NCBI GenBank assembly: GCA_964610105.1
Contig: CAZSUU010000005.1
Coordinates: 97,499-161,498, forward strand
From: an uncultured Verrucomicrobiota bacterium
GTDB lineage: Bacteria > Verrucomicrobiota > Kiritimatiellia > PWTM01
Direction: 5' to 3'
Length of the DNA: 64,000 nt
Numbering within the stretch: the first letter of the stretch is position 1; every line of letters begins with the position of its first letter. Positions 54,265-61,723 of this stretch are shown piece after piece. The notes below the pieces were generated by a model. That model saw nothing but the letters and a program-made list of their open reading frames with translations. It did no database searches and had not been told where the DNA came from. Made by a program: the position numbers and the translations under genes.

Positions 54265-55428
54265 ATGACACGTATTCTTCGCATGGGTCTGGTCGGCGGC
54301 GGGCCGGGCGCCTTCATCGGCGAGGTTCACCGCAAGGCCGCGCGCATGGACGGGCACATCCGGCTGGTCGCCGGCGCGTTCGACATCAATCCCGACAAGA
54401 GCCGCCAGATGGGCGAGCAGCTCGGGCTGGACATGAGCCGCGTGTACGGCACGTACCGGGAGATGATCGAGGGCGAGAAGCAGGTGCCGCCCGAGCTGCG
54501 GGTGGACTTCGTGTCGGTGACGACGCCGAACAACTGGCACTTCCCGATCGCGAAGGACCTGATCGAGGCCGGTTTCCACGTCATGTGCGAGAAGCCCATG
54601 ACGCTGAACGTCGAGCAGGCGGTCGAACTCGAGGCCATCGTCAAGAAGTCCAAGCTCGTCTTCGGGCTGATGCACAACTACGTCGGCTACCCGATGGTCA
54701 AGCTCGCGAGGGACATGGTGAAGCAGGGCGACCTGGGCAGGATCCTCAAGGTCGTCGTGCAGTACCCGCAGGGCTGGCTGTGCCGCGCGATCGAGAAGGA
54801 GGGCCAGATGCAGGCCTCGTGGCGCACCGATCCGAAGCAGAGCGGCGCCGCCGGCTGCATGGGCGACATCGGGACGCACGCGGCCAACCTGGCCGAGTAC
54901 ATCAGCGGCCTCCGCATCCAGTCGGTCGCCGCGGACCTGACCACCTTCGTGAAGGGCCGCAAGCTCGACGACGACGGCAACGTGCTCCTGCGCTTCAACA
55001 AGGGCGCGAAGGGCGTGCTGCACGCGAGCCAGATCTCCATCGGCCAGGAGAACAACCTGGCGATCTGGGTGCACGGCGAGAACGCGAGCATCGAGTGGCA
55101 CCAGGAGCACCCGAACCACCTCTACGTGGACACGATCAACGCCCCCACGCAGGTGTGGAAACGCGGCAACGGCTACGTCGGCGCCAAGAGCGCCGCGGCC
55201 GGCCGGGCCACGCGGCTGCCCAACGGCCATCCCGAGGCGTTTCTCGAGGCGTTCGCGAACCACTACGTCAACTTCGCCGACACCGTGCGCGCGAAGATCG
55301 CGGGCAAGAAACCCGACCCGCTGGCGCTCGACTTCCCGGGCGTCGACGAGGGCGTGCGCGGGATGAAGTTCATCCGCGCCGTGGTCGCTTCCGGCAAGGC
55401 CAACGCCGCCTGGACGAAGATCGACTGA
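54265..55428 (+). CDS. Gfo/Idh/MocA family oxidoreductase
   Basis: 'MGLVGGG.GAFIG..H', 'TTPNNWH', 'CEKP', 'DIGTHA', 'GHPEAFLEAFAN'. Confidence 0.93.
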   Translation: MTRILRMGLVGGGPGAFIGEVHRKAARMDGHIRLVAGAFDINPDKSRQMGEQLGLDMSRVYGTYREMIEGEKQVPPELRVDFVSVTTPNNWHFPIAKDLIEAGFHVMCEKPMTLNVEQAVELEAIVKKSKLVFGLMHNYVGYPMVKLARDMVKQGDLGRILKVVVQYPQGWLCRAIEKEGQMQASWRTDPKQSGAAGCMGDIGTHAANLAEYISGLRIQSVAADLTTFVKGRKLDDDGNVLLRFNKGAKGVLHASQISIGQENNLAIWVHGENASIEWHQEHPNHLYVDTINAPTQVWKRGNGYVGAKSAAAGRATRLPNGHPEAFLEAFANHYVNFADTVRAKIAGKKPDPLALDFPGVDEGVRGMKFIRAVVASGKANAAWTKID

Positions 55429-55448
55429 CGCGACCCGTCAGAAGAATG

Positions 55449-55481
55449 AAAGCCCGCCCCCCACGGCGGGCTTTCTTCTTT
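55449..55481 (+). terminator. Rho-independent terminator
   Basis: AAAGCCCGCC-ccccac-GGCGGGCTTT followed by CTTCTTT, 20 nt after the stop. Confidence 0.85.
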
Positions 55482-55497
55482 CCGGGAAATGAAGCGC

Positions 55498-55770
55498 TCA
55501 TTCGTACTCCTCCGGCTCCTCCCGGCGCCACTGTCGCCACAGGCGGTGGAACCGCCGCACGTAGACCATCTCGAACAGGCGCATCCTCTGGGGAAACAGG
55601 CGCTCGGCCTCGGTCCGGAGGCGTTCGATCCGGATGGCGACGTCCGGCCACGGCAGATCGGTGTCGATGATCAGCCGCGACACCGCATCGGCCTTCGCCT
55701 GGAACCGCCGCAGGTTCCGGTGCTCCCTGGCTATCTGGTCCGCCCGCGACTCCAAGGTCTCCAGCCCCAA
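55498..55770 (-). CDS. Small helical hypothetical protein (may extend upstream through an in-frame TGA)
   Basis: 'LESRADQIAREHR..RRFQ..AD.VSRLI...W.DV.I...RLR...ERLFP.....FEMVY..RF.RLW.QWR' reads as a natural protein; start uncertain. Confidence 0.6.
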   Translation of the reverse strand: MGLETLESRADQIAREHRNLRRFQAKADAVSRLIIDTDLPWPDVAIRIERLRTEAERLFPQRMRLFEMVYVRRFHRLWRQWRREEPEEYE

Positions 55771-55931
55771 CCCTCAGGCGGCGAGCCGCACGCCCATGGC
55801 CCTGGCCGCGCCAGGGTCCGGCGCCCCGCGCCTTCGGGATTCGTCCGTTGGTGTTCTCACGTCCGTGACCTTCGTCTCGATCCGTATCGCGGCCGGGTCG
55901 CTGTTCGCGCGGGTGTCGGACCGCGGGGCGT

Positions 55932-56909
55932 TCATTCGCCGGGGAGCCACAGGTAGTACAGGCCCGAGCGCACGCGCAGGGCGCCGGGGAGACGCAGATT
56001 CACCACGCCGGGGGCGCGGGCGGATCCGGCGGGGGAGTAGAGATTGGCGTCCTTGCTGCGCTCGTAGGCATAGGTGACCACGTCGGCCGAGCGGATCCCG
56101 GCCTTCTGTTTCGCCGCATCGATCGTCTCGTCGAGGAAGCCGACGCTGTCGATCAACTTGCCTTCCAGCGCCTGGGCCGCCGTGAAGACACGGCCGTCGG
56201 CCTGCGGGCGCAGGCGTTCGAGCCCGCCCACCTGCGGCCGCTGCGCGAGGATCCAGTTCAGGAAGGCGGCATAGTCGGTCTCGATGAGTCCCTGGAAGAC
56301 CCTGCGTTCCTCGTCGGTCATCCGGCGGAACAGGCTCCCGATGTCCTTCATGCTGCCCGACTTGATGACGTCCTGCTCATAGCCCACCTTGTCCGCGAGC
56401 CGGTGCAGCTTGGGCAGGATCGCAATGACGCCGATGCTCCCGACGATCGCCGAGGGCTGGGCGTCGATCCGGTCGCAGGCGGAGGCGAGGTAGTAGGCGC
56501 CGGAACAGCCGAGACCGGTGATGTTCGCGAAGACCGGCCGGCCCGTCCGCCTCCTGAACTCCGCCACCTCGCGCGCGATCCGTTCGCTCGCGCCCACCGT
56601 GCCGCCGGGCGAGTCGATGCGCAACACGACGGCGCGGACGGAGGCGTCCCGCTCGGCCTTCTTCAGCACGGCGCGCAGGTAGTGGGGCGAACAGGCGAAC
56701 CCGCCGAAGAGTCCGCCATCGTCCCCTTCGGCGATCTCGCCGCTGATGTCCACGAGCAGCACCTTGTCGGCGAACCACCCCCCGGCCTTCTCCACCGTCA
56801 CCTCCTCCAGCTCGCGCGTGCCCAGCGAGCCGAGGTCCACCATGAGGCAGCCCGACACCGCCGCGGCCAGCGCCCCGGCCACGCCGACGACCCACGCCTG
56901 TCGTTTCAT
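55932..56909 (-). CDS. sppA: Signal peptide peptidase SppA (S49), lipoprotein
   Basis: Lipobox 'AVSGC', 'LRIDSPGG', 'GCSGAYYLAS', 'GSIGVI', 'KSG.MKD', 'ADGRVFT'. Confidence 0.9.
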   Translation of the reverse strand: MKRQAWVVGVAGALAAAVSGCLMVDLGSLGTRELEEVTVEKAGGWFADKVLLVDISGEIAEGDDGGLFGGFACSPHYLRAVLKKAERDASVRAVVLRIDSPGGTVGASERIAREVAEFRRRTGRPVFANITGLGCSGAYYLASACDRIDAQPSAIVGSIGVIAILPKLHRLADKVGYEQDVIKSGSMKDIGSLFRRMTDEERRVFQGLIETDYAAFLNWILAQRPQVGGLERLRPQADGRVFTAAQALEGKLIDSVGFLDETIDAAKQKAGIRSADVVTYAYERSKDANLYSPAGSARAPGVVNLRLPGALRVRSGLYYLWLPGE

Positions 56910-57310
56910 CCCGTTCTCCTTCCCGCGGCGGCGATCCGGAGCCCGGCGGCCCTGACCGTTCAACGCCTCCGCTCCAATCCGTCCGTTCCTCCGCGCGGCG
57001 GCGCCGCCTTCAGAGATGGTCCCGCCCCCTTTTACCACGGAGAAGCCCCACGGGAAACCCCGCGCATCGGCGTATCATCTCCCGCGCGACCCTGTAAGGT
57101 CACGGACGCCCGCTTGCGACTGCAGAAACCGCTTCACCCAGCGCGCGCAGGGCGGTCCATGCGTCGAATCCGGGCCGCCAGCCACGCTGCAAACGCATGC
57201 AAGTCCATTTCCTCGGACCTACTCACCCTCCCGTACCTGGTTGGCGGATAGAAGACGTGCACGTTCACAGCGACGGGGCCTCCGTAGCGTCGTGCGCGGA
57301 GGACAAAGCG

Positions 57311-57384
57311 GTTCGCGTTCACGTGCACGAGGAAACGATGTTCGTGAAGGGAGTATCGTGTACGGGTACGTGAACGGGAACGGG
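57311..57384. repeat. Inverted pair of hexamer arrays (GTTCAC/GTGAAC family) with no gene between
   Basis: Left GTTCGCGTTCACGTGCACG; right CGTGTACGGGTACGTGAACGGGAACGGG, whose reverse complement matches the left arm. Confidence 0.6.
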
Positions 57385-57432
57385 AAATCGGAAGGCCAAC
57401 AACATAGGGATTCGTTCCGACTCCGAGTCGGC

Positions 57433-57680
57433 GAGTAGAACAGCTCGATCCCGCTGTAGCTGATGCGCAGCGTCGCCGCGCCCCAGCCGAGTTCCTCCTT
57501 GCAGTACAGCCGGTACTCGCGCACGTCCTCCTCGCTGATGTCCTCCACCGTCGTGCAGGTGAAGTTCTGCAACGGCCGCATCGCCCGCAGGTACGACTGC
57601 GCACTGCGTTTCTGACGGTTCTTCCGACTCAGGTCTGCTGCAAACCGCTCGTAGATGCCGTCGTTCATCCTGCTCCTCAT
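57433..57680 (-). pseudogene. Truncated tyrosine recombinase (N-terminal SAM-like domain only; type usually paired with IS91-like transposases)
   Basis: 'ERFAADL...RSAQSYLRAMR......EDISEEDVREY..Y...E..W..ATLRISYSGIELFY'; homology stops near 57433 with no catalytic RHRY domain. Confidence 0.75.
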
Positions 57681-57784
57681 GGGTTACCACCCTGAAGGGC
57701 AAGACCGGCCTGCCCGCGAATGTCATCCCGCGTATCCCAGAACGACGGTGTCCTTGACAACCCTGCCGCGCCGCGGTTACTTGG

Positions 57785-57850
57785 ACCACCGGCTGCACCG
57801 TATTCCTCACCCGCAGCGGGTCCGGAATCCGGTGAGGCGTAATGTTCGGC
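57785..57850 (+). other. Degenerate attC-like site preceding first cassette
   Basis: Imperfect hairpin CACCGTATTCC...GGAATCCGGTG ending in R' GTTCGGC (57844-57850); R'' not intact. Confidence 0.4.
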
Positions 57851-57859
57851 AATAGGAGC

Positions 57860-58963
57860 ATGGCCATGACAAGGTTCATGTGCATGGCGTTGATGGTTGC
57901 GTTGACCGTCATTTCCGCTCCCGAGAGAGCGGTGGCGGTGAACGTGACCGACTTGACCTTTGTGTACGGAATCTATGGCGGCTGGTCCTACTATCACGGC
58001 ACCGTGGCGGTTAATGGCGGGTCAGCCGGAGAATGGACGGCTCGCGTCGATGGCAGACCGGCGTTGGGGTATTTCTTCAACCCCTTGAATTCAAGCATGA
58101 CGGGAGGATCGGTCACCAACCTCGGCAGCCTGGCGGGAGGCTACAAAGCCGCATGGCTGATCGACAATTTCGCGCTTGGGCTCGGAAACGAGGGCACACC
58201 AGCGGGCTGGGCTGGAGATCCCGTCAGCAGCGAGAACAAGCGGGCGGCTCTGGCCCTCGCGGTATTCGAGGTGGGCATGTCGCCCCCCGGCGACCCGCTT
58301 GATTTGGATGCCGGACACTTCAAGTTGTTCTTCACAGACGCTGTGCTTGTCAGCTTCGGCCAGGCCTATCTCGATGCGCTCGCGTCCGCGTCGCCAGACG
58401 AGTCGGCGTTGGAGGCCAAGTATGATGTTCTCATCGGCAACCAGTGGAATGGAAACGCGTATGCAACCTGGGTGGCCCTCGTGGAGCAACCGGTGCTGAA
58501 CCGAATTGATGTCGCCCCGTCGAACGCCACGCTTCACGTGGGGGAACAGCGCATCTTCGCCGCTGCCGGCACCGATCAATTCGGTTATCCCATGGCCTTC
58601 ACGCCGATCTGGTCAGCATCAGGCGGACCCATTGATGGCACGGGCTACTACATGCCGACGAACTCCGGCGTTTTTGAGCTCATCGCCCAATCCGCGGGCT
58701 CCCCGGTCCGGGGCACCAGCGTCGTAACGGCTACCGCCATTCCCATCACCGGCCTGACGCGCGGTCCCCCATTCGCTCTGACCTTCCCGAGTTACACGAC
58801 GACCCTGTACAGGCTTCAGCACAAGTCGAACTTGATGACGGGAGACTGGACCGACCTGCCTGGCGATGTGCGGGGTGTGGGTGGCCCCATGATGCTGACC
58901 GACACCAACGACGTCCTGGAGTCGATCCGCTTCTACCGACTGCTCTACTCTGTTGCGCCATGA
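57860..58963 (+). CDS. Cassette-borne secreted protein with Ig-like and C-terminal FYR-type domain
   Basis: RBS AGGAG, signal peptide, 'IDVAPSNATLHVGEQRIFAAAGTDQFG', C-terminus 'YRLQHKSNLMTGDW...IRFYRL'; AT-richer; followed by attC. Confidence 0.78.
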   Translation: MAMTRFMCMALMVALTVISAPERAVAVNVTDLTFVYGIYGGWSYYHGTVAVNGGSAGEWTARVDGRPALGYFFNPLNSSMTGGSVTNLGSLAGGYKAAWLIDNFALGLGNEGTPAGWAGDPVSSENKRAALALAVFEVGMSPPGDPLDLDAGHFKLFFTDAVLVSFGQAYLDALASASPDESALEAKYDVLIGNQWNGNAYATWVALVEQPVLNRIDVAPSNATLHVGEQRIFAAAGTDQFGYPMAFTPIWSASGGPIDGTGYYMPTNSGVFELIAQSAGSPVRGTSVVTATAIPITGLTRGPPFALTFPSYTTTLYRLQHKSNLMTGDWTDLPGDVRGVGGPMMLTDTNDVLESIRFYRLLYSVAP

Positions 58964-58977
58964 CGATCACGGAGATC

Positions 58978-59037
58978 GCCGAACCCGCAAACGCGGCCCA
59001 CCCCGCTTCGCTCCGAGGCGGGTGCGCGGCGTTGGGC
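58978..59037 (+). other. attC site
   Basis: R'' GCCGAAC and R' GTTGGGC bracket an imperfect palindrome, 15 nt after the cassette stop. Confidence 0.75.
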
Positions 59038-59272
59038 CACTTGAAAGCGGATACCGATGTCAGAGAAGCGCAGGAGACACGGACACGCGGGCGCGGCGGA
59101 GCATGCTCTCCTGGCTCACCGCCAGCGGGTTGGCACGAAACGGGCCGGGGCGCTCTCCACGGCCCCATTCACCTCCCGGACTGCGCCGAACGGCTTCGCT
59201 GGGTTGCCTGTCCCGCCATAGCTCCTGTGCCGCGATAGCTCCGCAGGGGCGACGGCGGATGCCATCTCGCCT

Positions 59273-59459
59273 CGCCCGGTCGGCCTTCCATGGGGTTCTT
59301 GTTCATCCGCTCGCGGCTCTTGCCTAGTCTTCCTCCAGCCGGACGGTGGCCCGCCCGACCTTGACTTCGGCGGGTGCTTGCCATGATGCTCTCGCTTCAT
59401 GTTCGACTCTCGCACTGGGGACTTGAAGCCCATCAGGACTGCGGCCATGCTGGGCGCAC
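59273..59459 (-). mobile_element. Group IIC-type intron 5' fragment inserted in attC (copy A)
   Basis: Minus strand begins GTGCGCCCAGCATGG at 59459 immediately after attC bottom-strand ...GT; no domain V or RT downstream. Confidence 0.8.
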
Positions 59460-59515
59460 ACCACGGCGTGCATGGTAGGCTCGCCAGCTCGCCACCATGA
59501 CGCCGACGTTCGGTG
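59460..59515 (+). other. attC site split at R'' by intron copy A
   Basis: (A)AC-CACGGCGT-GCATGGT...ACCATG-ACGCCGAC-GTTCGGT. Confidence 0.8.
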
Positions 59516-59558
59516 AGTAGACAAGGCAGAGATGCAATAGTAGTCTATGGATATCCTC

Positions 59559-59768
59559 ATGAACACGTATACAGCAGTAACAAAACGAGATGGTGATTGG
59601 TGGATCGGCTGGATCGAGGAAGTACCGGGCGTAAACTGCCAGGAGCGGACGCGTGAAGAACTCCTTCAGAGCCTAAGGATCACCCTGAAGGAAGCTCTGG
59701 ACTTCAACCGCCACGAAGCCATCGAAGCTGCCTCTGCCGATTTCTCAGAAGAACCACTCACGGTATGA
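59559..59768 (+). CDS. hicB: HicB-family antitoxin
   Basis: 'YTAVTKRDGDWWIGWIEEVPGVNCQERTREELL.SL...LKEAL'. Confidence 0.88.
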   Translation: MNTYTAVTKRDGDWWIGWIEEVPGVNCQERTREELLQSLRITLKEALDFNRHEAIEAASADFSEEPLTV

Positions 59769-59953
59769 AGCGGCAGCAACTGCTCAAGCATCTCCGAGAG
59801 CACGGATGCGTGTTTGTGCGAGAGGGCGGCAGCCATTCATGGTGGGCAAATCCCCAGCAGAATAGGCGTTCATCAATCCCTCGCCACACCGAGATCAGGG
59901 ATCTGCTGGCAAGGAAGATCTGCAAAGATCTCGGCATCCCATTTGTGAAATAA
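59765..59953 (+). CDS. hicA: HicA-family toxin
   Basis: 'MKRQQLLKHL..HGC...REGGSHSWW.NP.....S.IPRH.EI...LARKICK.L.IP'; ATGA overlap with hicB. Confidence 0.9.
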   Translation: MKRQQLLKHLREHGCVFVREGGSHSWWANPQQNRRSSIPRHTEIRDLLARKICKDLGIPFVK

Positions 59954-59954
59954 T

Positions 59955-60046
59955 CACCAACCATCGCCTCCAGTTCACGGCTTGTCCGGCACGCCTTTTG
60001 CGGAGCAGAAGTCGCGTTAGCCTGTGCCGATGCTGAGGCGTGACGT
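59955..60046 (+). other. attC site (R' GT|TGGCG split by mini-intron)
   Basis: R'' CACCAAC, arms CATCGCCTC...GAGGCGTGAC, R' GT at 60045-60046 completed by TGGCG at 60286-60290. Confidence 0.8.
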
Positions 60047-60285
60047 GTGTGCCGGGCATGACTGATGACTGAGAGGGGAGAGACCTCCGTCCAGGTAGGC
60101 GCGCAGCCGAAGAACTAGTGGAAACACAAGGGCTGCCGTCGCGAGGCGGGGTCTGAAGGAAGTGCAACCCCAAACGGGGGCTTCCCAAGTTGCAGGAGGT
60201 TTGCCAACGGAATCGCCGGGTACGTGATCCGTATGCCCGGGTGGTGTGGAAGAAGCGGCCTCGCGAGGCGCCCCCTTATCCCGAT
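60047..60285 (+). mobile_element. ORF-less 239-nt group IIC-type mini-intron
   Basis: 5' GTGTGCCGGGCATG; domain V GAATCGCCGGGTACGTGATCCGTATGCCCGGGTGGTG (60210-60246) with CGC triad; domain VI ending CCTTATCCCGAT. Confidence 0.85.
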
Positions 60286-60349
60286 TGGCGGAGAAGAAAA
60301 GAGAACTGCGGTCGATCAGGGTCGGGGTCGGGGTCGAAAAGGAGTCGGC

Positions 60350-60510
60350 ATGGCCTTCGGACACGAGAAGCTGGACGTCTATCGCGCCGCCATCGAGTAC
60401 GTCGGCTGGGCGTATCGGTTCTGCGAGGCGTTGGCCACAGAGGAAAACGAGAAGGCCAAGGCCCTGCCGGACCGGATCGTGGCGATGCTTACAGAGCTCG
60501 GGCACCGGCT
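60350..60510 (+). pseudogene. Four-helix-bundle gene cassette with internal deletion, 3' end fused to intron fragment
   Basis: 'MAFGHEKLDVYRAAIEYVGWAYRFCEAL|ATEENEKAKALPDRIVAMLTELG'; preceded by GGGGTC hexamers and RBS AAGGAG. Confidence 0.78.
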
Positions 60511-60530
60511 GTCGCAGGCGCGATTTCCTC

Positions 60531-60717
60531 CGCCCGGTCGGCCTTCTATGGGGTTTTTGTTCATCCGCTCGCGGCTCTTGCCGAGTCTTCCTCCAGCCGG
60601 ACGGTTGCCCGCCCGACCTTGACTTCGGCGGGTGCTTGCCATGATGCTCTCGCTTCATGTTCGACTCTCGCACTGGGGACTTGAACCCCATCAGGACTGC
60701 GCCCATGCGGGGCGCAG
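60531..60717 (-). mobile_element. Group IIC-type intron 5' fragment inserted in attC (copy B, about 96% identical to copy A)
   Basis: 8 mismatches over 187 nt vs 59273-59459; starts CTGCG (G1 mutated) after bottom-strand TTGT. Confidence 0.8.
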
Positions 60718-60775
60718 ACAACAGCTCGGACGTTATCGTCGCGAAGCGACCCGAAACGTCAAGGTGACGTTCGGC
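60718..60775 (+). other. attC site split at R'' by intron copy B
   Basis: (A)ACAACAGCTC-GGACGTT...AAACGTC-AAGGTGAC-GTTCGGC. Confidence 0.75.
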
Positions 60776-60785
60776 CGGAGAATGC

Positions 60786-61267
60786 ATGAATACGGTTGCG
60801 GATAGTGGTACACGTCGCAAGTACCTTGTGTACCTCGCCGGATTCGCGGATGAACTTCGCGGAGCCGAGGTGGTACTGAATGATGACATTGAGCGTCTCA
60901 ATCGAGAGTTGGACGGATTCATCCAGCAACCCAAGGCCAACGAATGTGAACTCCCTCTGATCAAAGCCCTTGAAGACTCCCGCATGACGACAATCGCAAC
61001 GGCCCCAAGTACAACGTCATAAGGCCGTTCTACGCAAAGACACCGTCCCAGATGGGTGAGGATTTCGTTGGGTTCACCTTTGGCCAGTCTAAGCCGGATT
61101 CAGACGGTTTCGTGAGGCTCCGCTGCATCGTTCCCGTGAAGCCATTGCGGGGTTGTGCGGGGCAGCCAGAAGAACTCCGGGCGAAAACCGAAGGGTGTGT
61201 GTCCGTCTCGACGAGAACGGCAAGGTTCGGGGATTCGAAACAGAAGAACCCAATCGGGTCCCCGTGA
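60786..61267 (+). pseudogene. AT-richer cassette ORF, apparently frameshifted
   Basis: ORF 60786-61022 and a second frame open from about 60975 to 61267 overlap; starts 11 nt after attC. Confidence 0.4.
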
Positions 61268-61289
61268 CTGACTGAGGGGTACTCAGCCA

Positions 61290-61390
61290 GCCCCGGGTCC
61301 CCCGCCACCCTCCTTCGGCTACTCGTTTGCGATCCTGATCCTCCGGGAGAAGACGTGAACTCCATTAGTTCTTGGACGTGCTGGGCGTAC
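61290..61390 (-). mobile_element. Third group IIC-type intron 5' remnant (different lineage)
   Basis: Bottom-strand TTGT|GTACGCCCAGCA..GAACTAATGGAG...TAGCCGAAGG. Confidence 0.6.
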
Positions 61391-61443
61391 ACAATGAAAG
61401 GTCCGCACGTCGGCGCCGCCCGACGTGCAGCCTTGGGTTGAGC
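61391..61443 (+). other. attC-like site split at R''
   Basis: (A)ACAATGAAAGG..GCACGTCGG-cgccgc-CCGACGTGC..CCTT..GTTGAGC. Confidence 0.6.
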
Positions 61444-61723
61444 ACGCCGCGGGGCCATGGATTCTGCACGGCCGGCGGGTTCAGCGCGGGAGGGCCGTGA
61501 GCGGGAGCGCGGAACGGGCGGGGCGAGCGCGGGAGACGGGAACTGCTTCCATCGCACGGTGTGCAACCGCCGGGCGCGATGCGGATGGGGCCGGACGGGT
61601 TGCGCGTGATCCCGGCCCATCGGCGGCGGTGCCGCCGCGGGGGGGGGAAGAGAGGACCGTCGTACGTTCCTTGTCTTCCTAGGTGGCCTGGAATCTGCTT
61701 CTCTGCAGGTCGGGTGAGACGCC

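Noticed and set aside
57433-57680. Integron integrase intI
   Set aside because: Only an N-terminal fragment is present, it lacks the catalytic domain and IntI-specific insertion, and it resembles IS91-associated recombinases.
59038-59272. Remnant of intron-encoded reverse transcriptase
   Set aside because: No recognisable RT motif (e.g. YADD, PQG) in any frame; origin left unassigned.
59273-60717. Diversity-generating retroelement TR/VR pair
   Set aside because: The 8 mismatches are not confined to adenines on either strand, there is no RT gene, and the repeats begin with group II intron 5' ends.
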